A model generated the notes under the pieces. That model did no database searches. It was not told the origin of the DNA and worked only from the letters and a program-made list of their open reading frames with translations. A program made the translations under genes and the position numbers. From NCBI RefSeq assembly GCF_006345805.1, contig NC_043006.1:25482001-25546000 (forward strand): a DNA stretch of 64,000 nt, written 5' to 3'. This DNA comes from Octopus sinensis (taxonomy: Eukaryota). Positions 1 through 12,926 of the stretch are shown in pieces (position 1 is the stretch's first letter; each line of letters opens with the position of its first letter).

Positions 1-281
1 GACGTCTACTGAAGTAAAAAAAAACATTCTGTGCCGTATGAATATGTCCCTCGTTTAAGAAACAGATTGGGTGGCAATCTGGTGGCAATCTTTCGTCTCT
101 AGTAGAAAGATTGCCGATTGGGTTTATTTACATTTGTGAAGAAAAAGATACCCTTCCCCCACCCCTAACCCTAACCCTAAAACAGATTGAAATGCAATAG
201 ATCGATACTAGGGTCATAATTATGGGTGACAATTTCATATGACACCGCTAGAAAAAAACTGCCGTTCAAACCGAAAAGATC
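1..281. mobile_element. Partial GGGATCTTTTC-type MITE
   Basis: Ends ctgccgttcaaaccgaaaagatcc; matches 46540-46769. Confidence 0.7.
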
Positions 282-364
282 CATAAAATAACCTCCTTTT
301 GATAGATAGCGTTTTAATTTCCACTTGACTTATGAATAAGAAAATAATTAAACAAGTACTTTAC

Positions 365-695
365 CAGCAGCCTGGAGAAGTTCTTTGTCGATCTTTTGAC
401 ATAAGCTACAATACAAAGCATCGGCACCAACAACGTCTTTAAGAAACTGTTCTCGAGGAACACTATCTTCCTGTGGCCACTGCGATATCACGCAGCCGGC
501 CTCTTTCAATAGAGTAACGCCACTCTGGGGCACAAGACTGGTGATGTACACTTTGCTACCTTTAGCTGACATTGCAATCGTGCTACTGTATAGTCGCTGA
601 GGACAGTCGCGAATACGGTTTGCTGATTGTGACAGTCTCACTGATCGCAGCGCAATGACAGTCTGTTGAAAGAACAACTGATAACGGCGGAGCAT
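365..695 (-). CDS. GRHPR: Glyoxylate reductase/hydroxypyruvate reductase, first coding exon (gene continues beyond left edge)
   Basis: ORF 348-695 encodes KVYITSLVPQSGVTLLKEAGCVISQW...VPREQFLKDVVGADALYCSLCQKIDKELLQAAG, the N-terminal substrate-binding domain of D-2-hydroxyacid dehydrogenases of GRHPR type; GT donor (GCTG|gtaaag) immediately after AAG at 365/364. Confidence 0.85.
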
Positions 696-831
696 TGTTT
701 AACCTTCGTAAATTGTTCATCAGTTGCTCTGTTTGACGTGTTTGCTACGACAGGATATTACGAAAATACATTGAGAGTAAATTGAATTGAAGGAAATTTT
801 CGGTTAATGTTTATTTTTAACTCCCGGTCAC

Positions 832-864
<33 letters not shown>

Positions 865-1618
865 GGCGATCTATAAATATTGAATCGGTGATTTCCGTGA
901 CCACATGTTGTCTTGTAAATTGTCAGCTGGGAAGAAAAAGCTAATGGGTTGTGCGTGCGTGCTTGTTCCTCTGTGTGTGTGTGTGTGTGTGTGCGTGCTT
1001 GTTCTTGTTTGTACGTGGGTGTGTATGTGTGTGCGTGCGTGCTTGTTCCTCTGTGCGTGTGTGTGTTTGGCGGCCAGCTGGCAGAAACGTTAGCACGCCG
1101 GGCGAAATGCGTAGCCGTATTTCGTCTGTCGTTACGTTCCGAGTTCAAATTCCGCCGAGGTCGACTTTGCCTTTCATCCTTTCGGTGTCGATAAATTAAG
1201 TACCAGCTACACACTGGGTCGATGTAATCGACTTGATCCCTTTGTCTGTCCTTGTTTGTCCCCTCTGTGTTTAGCCCCTTGTGGTTAGTAAATAAATATA
1301 TTCTTGTTTGTGTGTGTGCGTGCTTGTTCTTCTGTGTATGTGTGTCTATTCTGTTTTTTTGTTTGTTTTTTTTGTATTTATATGTTGTGGAATGTAGAAA
1401 TAACACACATATGTTGTGGAATGTAGAAATAACAAACATGCACACACACACAAACAAGAAAAAGCGCGCGCGCACACACACACACACGCAGAGGAACAAG
1501 CACGCACGCACAACCCATTGGCTTCCTCTTCCCAACTGACAATTTACAAGACCACATGTGGTCACGGAAATGATCGATTCAATGTTTACATTATTTCGAG
1601 TTGAAACGAAAGATCGCC
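865..1618. mobile_element. Non-autonomous foldback-type DNA element (GGCGATCT ends, 8-bp TSD AAAAAATC) with internal SINE
   Basis: Long inverted arms (865-1060 vs 1430-1618); AAAAAATC at 857-864 and 1619-1626. Confidence 0.75.
1068..1295 (+). mobile_element. tRNA-derived SINE family A
   Basis: A-box-like TGGCAGAAACGTTAG, B-box GAGTTCAAATTCC, core gcctttcatcctttcggggtcgataa; further copies at 10945-11160, 25245-25460(-), 36440-36660, 37800-38030, 48940-49170(-), 52260-52400. Confidence 0.8.
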
Positions 1619-1848
1619 AAAAAATCTCACGTATCATGGTGAGCGAAACAAATTCTTAAATACAGTGTCCTCTACTATCCGAGCTCTCATTTCCTTCTCC
1701 CCCCCCTTCCCGCCTCCAAGGGCATCCAGCTGTAGAAACACTGCCAGATCTGACTGGCCTGGTGCAGCCTTCGGGCTTCCCAGACCCCAGTTGAACCGTC
1801 CAACCCATGCTAACATGGAAAGCGGACGTTAAACGATGATGATGATGA

Positions 1849-1882
<34 letters not shown>

Positions 1883-3329
1883 TCATCATCATCATATATA
1901 TATAAATATATACATACATATACACAACAGGCTTCTTTTAGTTTCCGTCTACCAAATCTACTCACAAGGTTTTGGTCGGCCCGAGGCTATAGTTGAAGAC
2001 ACTTGCCCAAGGTGCCACGCAGTGGGACTGAACCCAGAACCATGTGGTTGGTAAGCAAGCCACTTACCACACAGCCATTCCTGTGCCTTGTAAACATTAT
2101 TGAATACACATACAGAATGCATGTACTTTGCTAGTTCTCTGGTTGGCTGTGAGTTGATGGAGTGACGATAGCTTTCTCAAACTCTGAAAGCCATAGTTAT
2201 AGACAGGTGAGATAATTGTCTCAGGTGCGATAGACACTGATGTTTCACCATTTCTGTGGCTTATCAACATTGCACACCTGAACTGAACCGAAAGCAAATA
2301 AAAATTTTTTTCCCATGACTATATGCAAAATGGTTGAAAACTCATCTGCTGGTCATAAAAAGGGTGAAGCATCAGTGCCCATCCCTCCTGAAAGGGACTT
2401 GGAGTAAGTTGTCTCACCTGTCTATGATTATGACTTCCAGGTGTTTTAACACCTGGTGCTTTGAAAGAGTCATCTTCACTGCATCTCATTGCAGCTGACT
2501 GGCCATCAAGCAAAGTACATACATTATGTACGTGTGTGCGTGTGTGTGTAGTCCTCACACACACACACCTGGTAAGTTACTGTCTACCAAAACCACGACT
2601 CACCTGACTTTTATTGGTCTTGGACTACAGGCGGAGATACCACACACTGGGACTGAACTCGAGACCCCATAGTTTTACATCCATCTCAATGCTTGCATCC
2701 GTTGGAGTGTATATTTTCTTTCTCTTTTTTTACTTGTTTCAGGCATTTTGACTGCGGCCAAGCTGGAGCACCGCCTTTAATCAAGCAACTCGACCCCGGG
2801 ACTTATTCTTTGTAAGCCCAGTACTTATTCTATCGGTCTCTTTTGCCGAACCGCTAAGTGACAGGGACATAAACACACCAGCATCGGTTGTCAAGCAATG
2901 CTAGGGGGACAAACACAGACACACAAACATACACTCACATACATATATACGACGGGCTTCTTTCAGTTTCCATCTACCAAATCCACTCACAAGGCTTTGG
3001 TCGGCCCGAGGCTATAGCAGAAGACACTTGCCCAAGATACCACGCAGTGGGACTGAACCCAGAACCATGTGGTTGGTAAACACACAGCCACTCCTGCACC
3101 TATATTGTTCATTTGTTAATTCATTTTGTTAAGCATTTGTTCTTCCACATTAGTGCAGCTGAGATTCAAGAAAGTTGAGGTCATATTTCTATGGCCAGGT
3201 GCATCTGCTGTCACTAATCCATACCTGTTTTTTTGTGCAAGGGATTTTTGTTTCTTATTCCAGTGGAAATATGGAAGCACAGGGTTATCAACCGAGAGGA
3301 AATATCAAATGATTGTTGCCTAAATGGAA

Positions 3330-4075
3330 TGATGACATCACTGATTGTTGCTGAACTGCAAATGATGATGACATCACTGATTGTTGCTGAACTGTAAATG
3401 ATGATGACATCACTGATTGTTGCTGAACTGCAAATGATGATGACATCACTGATTGTTGCTGAGCTGCAAACGAGGATGTCACTGATTGTTGTTGAGCTGC
3501 AAATGATGACATCACTGATTGTTGCTGACTGCAGATGATGATGTCACTGATTGTTGCTGAACTGCAAATGATGATGTCACTAATTGTTGCTGAGCTGCAA
3601 ATGATGATGTCACTGATTGTTGCTGAGCTGCAAATGATGATGTCACTGATTGTTGTTGAGCTACAAATGATGACATCACTGATTGTTGCTGAGCTGCAAA
3701 TGATGATGTCACTGATTGTTGCTGAGCTGCAAATGATGATGTCACTGATTGTTGCTGAACTGCAAATGATGATGTCACTAATTGTTGCTGAGCTGCAAAT
3801 GATGACATCACTGATTGTTGCTGAACTGCAGATGATGACATCACTGATTGTTGCTGAACTGCAAATGATGATGTCACTGATTGTTGCTGAGCTGCAAACG
3901 ATGATGTCATTGATTCTTGCTGAGAACATTGTTGTTGCTGAGCTGCAAATGTCATTGATTCTTGCTGAACTGCAGATGATGACATCACTGATTGTTGCTG
4001 AACTGCAAATGATGACATCACTGATTGTTGCTGAGCTGCAAACGATGATGTCATTGATTCTTGCTGAGAACATTG
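3330..4075. repeat. 30/33-bp minisatellite
   Basis: Unit atgatgatgtcactgattgttgctgagctgcaa, about 22 copies. Confidence 0.9.
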
Positions 4076-4974
4076 ACACACACACACACAATCCACAGAT
4101 GTGTACATAACTTGAGGAGAGCAAACAACCAGGTTTAATCACGAAATATTTGAAGAACTGATCGTTTTGAAGTCTGTTTGTAAAATATGTTTTTTTCATT
4201 TACCAAGGAATATGATACCTGTAGTTTGATGAGGAAGAACGGAAGTCCATTTGCTGACATCCTCATTGACCAGGTAACTGTAGTTAATCACTTTCTGACC
4301 CACTTTGCAAAACAGGTATTTTAATAAGACACACAGACACACCTGGGCACATTGTCACATGCACTGCCACCTACTCTCGCAATCTCATACACACATATGC
4401 ATTCACATACTCAAATGTACACATATACACACTCACACACTCACATCAACATACATTCACGTATACACAAACACAACTATATAAATATATACATACACTT
4501 ACATGTACATATATTCATATACACTCGTATACATACACATTCGTGGTCTTGTACTCCCGTTTTACTCCATTTGAATCTCACTAAATATGAGTTGTTACTC
4601 CTTACTCTTTTCATACTTGTGGGTAGTCAAGAAATAGGTATTTCGTCTGCTGTTACGTTCTGAGACCACCACTCCTAGTTCTGTGATACAAACTTCTTGT
4701 TTTAATTTGATATAAATTAATATCTTCTCTCAAAATTTCATGTGAATTTATGTTTCAAAAACCAGTTTAATATTATCAGTAAAATAAATGATACAAGTTT
4801 ATTGATACTGTTCTGAACTTGGGGTTGCTTGTAAATTAGTGTGAATTTTAAGAGGTTCTGGACCATCACAGTCTAGAAAGTTGGTACTATATCTGTATTA
4901 GTTAATTAAATCAACCCTAAAACTTGATTTGCAGTCTGGCCATTACCATGATCAACTGCTAGCCACTAAAGCTT

Positions 4975-5140
4975 TTTTTATTCTCTCTCTTTATTTTCTC
5001 GTGTTCCTTTCTGCTGAAGAGCATTGGTTCGAAATGTAAAAGACTTTCTCACCTTCCCGAGCGTTAAACTAATACACCTGTTTGTTGTTTACACACCTGT
5101 CTTTGTCTTTTGATTTTTGGTAAATTCTAACTTTATTTTA
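4975..5140 (+). mobile_element. Penelope-LTR-like unit with degenerate hammerhead (5007-5042)
   Basis: CUUU-CUGCUGA-A-GAGC-AUUG-GUUC-GAAA-UG-UA-AAAG. Confidence 0.55.
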
Positions 5141-5476
5141 TAAGCCCTGCTCATGTACCCATTCTTTTTTTTAAAAGATAGTAGGTTGTGAGTTAAGAGA
5201 GATTTGACTATATGAAAAAAAGCTAACCAGAAATAATTATACATTGTAATTTTGCATTGAAAACAGATTAAATAGGATTAATTGGTATTTAATCCTTTAG
5301 CATTTAAACTGGTCAAACCCAGCCTGAATACTGTCCCTGTTTTTTTGTTCAAAGTGACCAGATCTGGCCTGTCATACCTATCCTACAATGTCATTCTAAA
5401 AATAAACACCCACATCATCATCAGAATCTTGAAGCTGCAAGATAATGCAAGAGTAATTCAATAAGTTTTACATTTT

Positions 5477-6185
5477 AAGGCGATGAGCGGGCAGAAAGAT
5501 TAGCACACCGGGTGAAATGCTTTGCGGTATTTTGTCTGCCGTAATGTTGAGTTCAAATTCCGCCAAGGTCGACTCTGCCTTTCATCCTTTCGGGGTTGAT
5601 AAATTAAGTAGCAGTTACGCACTCGGGTCGATGTAATCGACTTAATACCTATGTCTGTCCTTGTTTGTACTTTGTGTGTTTAGCCCCTTGTGGATAGTAA
5701 AGAAATAGGTATTTCGTCTGCCGTTACGTTCTGAGTTCAAATTCCACCAAGGTCGACTTTGCCTTTCATCCTTTCGGGGTCGATAAATTAAGTACCAGTT
5801 ACACACTGGGGTCGATGTAATCGACTTAATACCTATGTCTGTCCTTGTTTGTCCCCTCTGTGTTTAGCTCCTTGTGGGTAGTAAAGAAATAGGTATTTCG
5901 TCTGCTGTTACGTTCTGAGTTCAAATTCCACCAAGGTCGACTTTGCCTTTCATCCTTTCGGGGTCAATAAATTAAGTACCAGTTACACACTGGGGTCGAT
6001 GTAATCGACTTAATACCTATGTCTGTCCTTGTTTGTCCCCTTGTGGGTAATAAAGAAATAGGTATTTCATCCGTCTTTACGTTCTGAGTTCAAATTCCTC
6101 TGAGGTTGACTTTGCCTTTCATCTTTTCGGGGTTTATAAATTAAGTACCAGTTTCGTACTGAGGTCAATTTAATCAGCTGCGCCC
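5477..6185 (+). mobile_element. Tandem multimer of SINE A (one head plus three headless bodies)
   Basis: ~180-bp units joined by gtaaagaaatag|gtatttc. Confidence 0.8.
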
Positions 6186-6989
6186 TCCCCCAATTACATC
6201 ATCATCATCATCTAACGTCCGTTTTCCATGCTAGCATGGATTGGACGGTTCGACCGGGGTCTGGGAAGCCAGGAGTCTGCGCCAGGCTCCAGTCTGATCT
6301 GGCAGTGTTTCTACAGCTGGATGCCCTTCCAAACGCCAACCACTCTGTGAGTGTAGTGGTTGCTTTTCATGTGCCACCGGCACAGGGGCCAGAGGAGGCT
6401 GGCAAACGGCCATGATTGGTTGGTGCTTTTTACGTGCCACCGGCATGGGTATCATAACTACAATTTCCATTTGATTTTTATTTTGATGTTGACGTACTTG
6501 ACTCAGAAGGTCTCTTCATGAACAGCGGGTCACTCTACAATCCAAGGTTAGCACAGCAGGCCATCCTGCGAGCCATGAACTCACTTCATTTGTCAGGTTT
6601 GATTGATTATGTGACTGCTAAAAGGTTGATTTAGTATTGTAGAGTTGAGGCTAGAAAAAATTGTACTGTGTAATATTAGGATTGAAACTAGATTAGGTGG
6701 GATTAATTGGGATTTTAATTTTGTATTTTAGGGTTTGGCTGATATCTTTCAAAACATTGAGTCATTAACAGACAATTTGGAGAAGGTTGTTTGGGAGAAA
6801 AATGTTGCAGCCACAATCCGAAAACATGAGGTAAGGACTTGGAATATCATCATCACCACCATCATCATTTAGCATCTGTTGGCATGGGTTGGATGGTTTG
6901 ACCAGAGCTGCTAGTCAGGCAAAAGACCACACCAGGCTTCTGTGTCTGTTTTGGCCTGGTTTTTACAGCTGCATGCCTCCTTCGTAACA

Positions 6990-7550
6990 CCGACCACCCC
7001 ACGGAGTGAACTGGATGCTTTTTACATGGCACAAGCACAGGTGAGGTCAGTTTTGGCAAGGTTTTTACAGCTGGATGCCCTTCCAAATGCCAACCACTTC
7101 ACAGTGTGGACTGGATGCTTTTTACATGGCACAAGCACAGGTGAGGTCAGTTTTGGCAAGGTTTTTACAGCTGGATGCCTTTCCAAATGCCAACCACTTC
7201 ACAGTGTGGACTGGATGCTTTTTACGTGGCACAAGCACAGGTGAGGTCAGTTTTGGCAAGGTTTTTACAGCTGGATGCCCTTCCAAATGCCAACCACTTC
7301 ACAGTGTGGACTGGATGCTTTTTACGTGGCACAAGCACAGGTGAGGTCAGTTTTGGCAAGGTTTTTACAGCTGGATGCCCTTCCCAACACCAACCACCCT
7401 GCGGATTGGACAGAGTGCTTTTTACATGGTGCCAGCACAGGTGAGGTCAGTTTTGGCAGAGTTTTTACAGCTGGATGCCCTTCCAAATGCCAACCACTTC
7501 ACAGTGTGGACTGGATGCTTTTTACATGGCACAAGCACAGGTGAGGTCGG
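6990..7550. repeat. 100-bp tandem repeat derived from RTE 3' UTR
   Basis: Exact 100-nt period (ORFs at 7075, 7175, 7275, 7375); unit contains cagctggatgcccttccaaatgccaaccac. Confidence 0.9.
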
Positions 7551-8954
7551 TTTTAGCCTGGAACAGGTGCCAGAGCAACCCTTCAAGGACCAAGAGAAGA
7601 TACAGGCTGTAGATCAGGCAGTGTTGTGGGGATCCATTTTACTTTGCTTGTCACACATCAATAATCATATTTTCAGAGGTGTTGGTCATCATTGCTCGAT
7701 AACACATCAATATAAGACAACAATGTTCCTGCCTCAAACGTCCATCTTCTATTTTCAGGGCTACGACCACAGTTACTACTTCATCGCGTCTTTTATTGGT
7801 GACCACATTAAGCATCATGCTAAATATCTGAATGAAGTAAGCAAATACTGATATATAGACTGTTTTTTTTCCTGCCGGTTGAAGTTTTTGGAAGAAATAA
7901 CAGATTTATGTTTGGTATTTTTATAGCTAATTAAAATATGTGGTGCTAATCAATACCTCGTTATCAATTTTCTTTTCCTTCTTATTGCAGCATTTAAATA
8001 AAAAACATAAACTTGTATTCCCAGAGTAGATCCATCACAAGAAAAAGCTTGTCCTAATCATTTTCATAAGTTTGTCCTAAATCCCCCCCAGACCTTTTAG
8101 CTGGCCGTTATTTTGCTTGTATTGAGTAATAGAAATATTTCCTTTGAGTAATAGAAATATTTCCCTAACCCTAATTTCCTTTCAAAAGTCTTAAGTTACC
8201 CTGGTATTTCGGAAGAAATAACAGATTCATATTTGGTATTTTTGTAGCTAATTAAAATATCTGGTAATCAATACCTCGTTATCAATTTTCTTTTCCTGCT
8301 TATTGCAGCATTTAAATATGAAAAAAATAAACTTGTATTCCCAGAGTAGATCCTTCACTGTTTGCTTGTCCAAATCATTTTCATAAGTTTGTCCTTAATC
8401 CCCAGACCTTTTAGTTGGCCCTTGTTTTGTTTGTATTGAGTAATATAAATATTTCCTTTCACAAGTCTTAAGTTATTCTGGTATTTGAAAAAAAATTTAA
8501 AATGTGAATTGTATATAATGCATGGCTGCCAAGTATATATATCCTGTGTGTCAGATGTAAACCATAGGACAGGTAAAGCGTTAATCATTTCTATCAGAAG
8601 AGACCGTTTAATGTAACATCAGTGTATTATGTTATACAAAGTATTCATAGTGAGTCTATCTGTGACATTAACTCTTTGCCTGTCCGAAGCATTTTGATAA
8701 ATTTGTCCTCAATGTCCATCCTTGTTCATGAGCTTTTTTAGATAGCCCTCGCTTCAAATGTTCTGAGTTATATAAACCTTTCCTCTCATAAGTCTCAAGT
8801 TACTCTGGCAGTTGAAAAAAATTTGAGAATGTGAATTGTATATGATGCATGGATGCCAAGGTTATATGTCCTGTATATCAGATGTGTTACACAGGACAGG
8901 TCAAAGGTTAAGCAGTTCTGTTAGAAGAGACCGTTTAATGTAACATTTAAGAAA

Positions 8955-9370
8955 AGGTGGCGAGCTGGCAGAACTGTTAGCACACTGGGCGAAATGCGTA
9001 GCCGTATTTCGTCTGCCACTACGTTCTGAGTTCAAATTCCACCGAGGTCAACTTTGCCTTTCATCCTTATGGGGTCAATAAATTAAGTACCAGTTACGCA
9101 CAGGGGTCAATGTAATCGACTTAATCCATTTGTCTGTCCTTGTTTGTCATCTCTGTGTTTAGCTCCTTGTGGGTAGTAAAGAAATAGGTATTTCATCTGC
9201 CGTTACATTCTGAGTTCAAATTCCGCCGAGGTTGACTTTGCCTTTCATCCTTTCAGGGTCGATAAATAAAGTACCAGTTTCGCACTGGGGTCGATGTAAT
9301 CGACTTAATCCGTTTGTCTGTCCTTGTTTGTCCCCTCTATGTTTAGCCCCTTGTGGGTAATAAAGAAACA
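8955..9370 (+). mobile_element. SINE A dimer
   Basis: Same junction sequence as in 5477-6185. Confidence 0.8.
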
Positions 9371-9639
9371 GAAACCATTTAATGTAACATTAGTGTATTG
9401 TTACACAAAGTATATATTCAAAGTTAGCCTATCTGTGACATTATCTCTTTGACTGTTCAAAGCAATTTTGTAATTTTGTCCCAAACCTTTTCAGACCCTT
9501 TAGTTGGCCCTATGATAAATATATCATCATGAAAGTAATAGACATGAAACATATATATGCTTGCGGTGTGAATGGTTTATTTTTACAGCACCATATTTTA
9601 CAATCCTGTAAATAATAATATTGGTATTTTTATATAAGC

Positions 9640-9948
9640 TTTAGCCTAATATATATATATACAAAGTGAAAATATTAATAGTTAAACCTATTAAAACTGA
9701 AAGTATTATCTCACATTACAATAGAGATGTTATTGTTTCACTTTTGACACATAATACTGAAATAGTGTAAGAGAAAGAGATTGTTCCGGGCTCGAATTAG
9801 GCAAGAGGTTGAACATTTTTTGGGCCCATGACACTGCTTGGACCCCAAGTAAGGCATGTGTAAAATTTGAATGAAATTGGTTGGGTAGTTCTCGAGTTTT
9901 AGCGAGGCACACATTCAGACAGACAATCTCAGTTTTATATATATAGAT
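9640..9948 (-). mobile_element. Probable Helitron-type non-autonomous fragment
   Basis: Minus strand begins TCTATATATATAAAACTGAGATTGTCTGTCTG, resembling the other Helitron 5' ends; 3' CTAG not found. Confidence 0.45.
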
Positions 9949-11409
9949 ATATATGTGTGTGTATGTGTATGTATCCGTGTGTGTGTCTGTGTTTGTCCCT
10001 GTATCACTGCTTGACTACTGGTGTTGGTGTGTTTACATCCCTGTAACGTAGTGGTTCGTCAAAAGAGACTGATAAAATAAATACTAGGCTTACAAAGAAT
10101 AAGCTCTGGGGTCAGTTTATTCGACTAAAATAAAAAAAAACCTTTCAAGGCAGTGCTCCAGTATGACTCCAGTCAGATGACTGAAATGAGTAAAAGAAAG
10201 AAAATGTATTTATGTATGTGTTTGTGTGTGTGTTTTGTCTTCGTGTGTGTTCATTCACTGTAAGCAATAACTTTGCCAGAACAACACTAAAGGATTGTCC
10301 TAACCCTTAAATGTACCCTTCCCACTTCATTCACTAACCACTATACAACATAAGGTGTACAAGGTGCATTTTATTGGGGTGCTTGATATAAACACCGTTA
10401 ACATTCATTCTAAAGATCACAGGTTCAAATCTAGCCTGGTTTCACGCAGATATCCTGTTCCGAGAGATCTGAATAGGATTTGAGTTTGAAAACTGATTGA
10501 AACCTATCAGAGATGTAAATATGGGGTGTAATGATGTGTAGGGGACAGGAGAAGAAAATTGTTTTATTTCTACGGGAGTGGCTGTGTGGTAAGAAGCTTG
10601 CTTCCCAACAACATGGTTCCAGGTTCAGTCCCACTGCATGGCACTTTGGGCAAGTGCCTTCCACTATAGCCTCGGGCCAACCAAAGCCTTGTGAGTGGAT
10701 TTGGTAGAGGGAAACTGAAAGAAGCCTGTCGTATATGATGATGATGATATATGTATATATGTGTGTGTGTCTGTGTTTGTCCCTCCCACCATCGCTTGGA
10801 AAACGATGCCGGTGTGTTTACGTCCCCGTAACTTAACAGTTTGGCAAAAGAGACCGATAGAATAAGTACTAGGCTTACAAAGAGTCCTGGGGTCGATTTG
10901 TTTGGCCGTACTTAAATGACTGAAACAAATAAAAGAGTAACTTAAAGGCGGCGAGCTGGCTGAAACATTAGCACACCAGGCAAAACACTTAGTGGTATTT
11001 CGTCTGACCTTACGTTCTGAGTTCAAATTCTGCCAAGGTTGACTTTGCCTTTCATCCTTTCAGGGTCGATAAGTTTAGTACCAGTTGTATACTGGGGTCG
11101 ATCTAATCGACTGGCCCCCTCCTCCCCAAATTTCAGGCCTTGTGCCTAGAGTAGAAAAGAATATATATTAACTTATTCATTTAATCTAAACAATATTCAG
11201 TTTGGGGCTGAATTCGAAGAAACATTTTTTAGTTTTGGCACAAATCCACCTATTTTAGGGATTCATCAAGGGGCAGTTAGTGATATTTAATAATAAGGAC
11301 ATATTTTAGTGAAGGGAACAAGTGATTATATTGAACCGGGTGTAAGACCTTCTGGCTCTTCCATTTTTGGTGTCACTGATTCGATGTTCATTTATTTGAC
11401 ATTTTAATG

Positions 11410-11549
11410 TTTCATTCTCTCTTTCTCTCTCTTTTTCTCTCCCCCACTCTCTTTCCCCCTCACTCTCTCTTTCTCTCCCCCACTCACTCACTCTCTCTCT
11501 CCCCTTTCTCTCTTTATCTCCCCCACTCTCTCTCTCTTTCTGTCCCCCA

Positions 11550-11582
<33 letters not shown>

Positions 11583-11720
11583 CCCCACTCTCTCTCTCTC
11601 TTTCCCCCTCTCTCTCTTTCTCTCCACCACTCTCTCTCTCTTTCGCTCTCTCCCCCACTCCCCCCACTCTTTCTCTCTCTCCCACTCCCTCCCTCTTTCT
11701 CCCCCCCCACTCTCTTTATA
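11410..11720. repeat. CT-rich compound microsatellite
   Basis: (CT)n interleaved with cccccact. Confidence 0.9.
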
Positions 11721-12690
11721 TGTCTGAAGAGAAGGGATGTGTTTCTGCTATTTGTGTTTAATTATAAATTGTAATGAGTTTCTCGTTATACACGTGAGCA
11801 TCAGGCTATGTTTTTATCTATGTCTCTCTCTCTCTCTTTTTATGCATAGCATCGAAACAGCTGGACCCCAGTATATAACTGTTACTTTTTATAGACCCTA
11901 CATTCACCTTGCCCTTGCCCCATCACCAAAAAAAAAAATCAAAGTGTTGAGCTCAACAAGGTTTGAACCTGGAACATTGAGATATGTAAGTCAATACAGC
12001 AAATACATATTGTGCACATAACTGTACTGATTCAGTGGACCGTGGCCATGCTGGGGCACCAGTCGGAACTTAACATTATTTACATCTTTTCAGATCTTGT
12101 TTAGGGAATCTTTGAAGTTACATTTTGCCATTGAAGGACACAACTCAATACACATATATATATACACACCCCAACACACACACACAAATATATATATACA
12201 CACACACACACATACAAATATATATATATATATATTACTCTTTTACTCTTTTACTTGTTTCAGTCATTTGACTGCAGCCATGCTGGAGCACCGTCTTTAG
12301 TCGAGCAACTCGACCCCGGGACTTATTCTTTGTAAGCCCTGTACTTATTCTATCGGTCTCTTTTGCTGAACCGCTAAGTGACGGGGATGTAAACACACCA
12401 GCATCGGTTGTCAAGCAATGCTTGGGGGACAAACACACACACACATACATACACATATATACGATAGGCTTCTTTCAGTTTCCATCTACCAAATCCACTC
12501 ACAAGGCATTGGTCGGCCTGGGGCTATAGCAGAAGAGACTTGCCCAAGATGCCACGCAGTGGGACTGAACCCGGAACCATGGGGTTGGTTAGCAAGCTAC
12601 TTACCACACAGCCACTCCTGCGCCTATATATATATATATATAATAAATCTCAGAGCGAGTTATAAACAGTAGCTGCAACACATCGTGACG

Positions 12691-12887
12691 TATATTTGCC
12701 ATTGAAATATGGCTAACCCCTAAGGGGGGATGCTACTGTAGTTTGTAGCCCCAGGAGGACACCTTTGCAAATACTGATAGGGCACAGAAAGTGTGTCTAT
12801 AGGCAGCTGGAGGAGGTGCCCTCCTAGGGTTACAAACTACAGTAGCATCCACCCTTAGGGGTTAGCCATATTTCAATGGCAAATATA
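12691..12887. mobile_element. Hairpin MITE with ~75-bp TIRs
   Basis: atatttgccattgaaatatggctaacccctaaggg...gtagtttgta mirrored at 12825-12887; TA flanks. Confidence 0.7.
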
Positions 12888-12926
12888 TATATATATATAC
12901 TTTATTTAAAGCAGCAGAAAATTCAA

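Noticed and set aside
3330-7550. Regular repeats as possible CRISPR arrays
   Set aside because: Units are contiguous with no unique spacers, there are no cas genes, and the context is eukaryotic.
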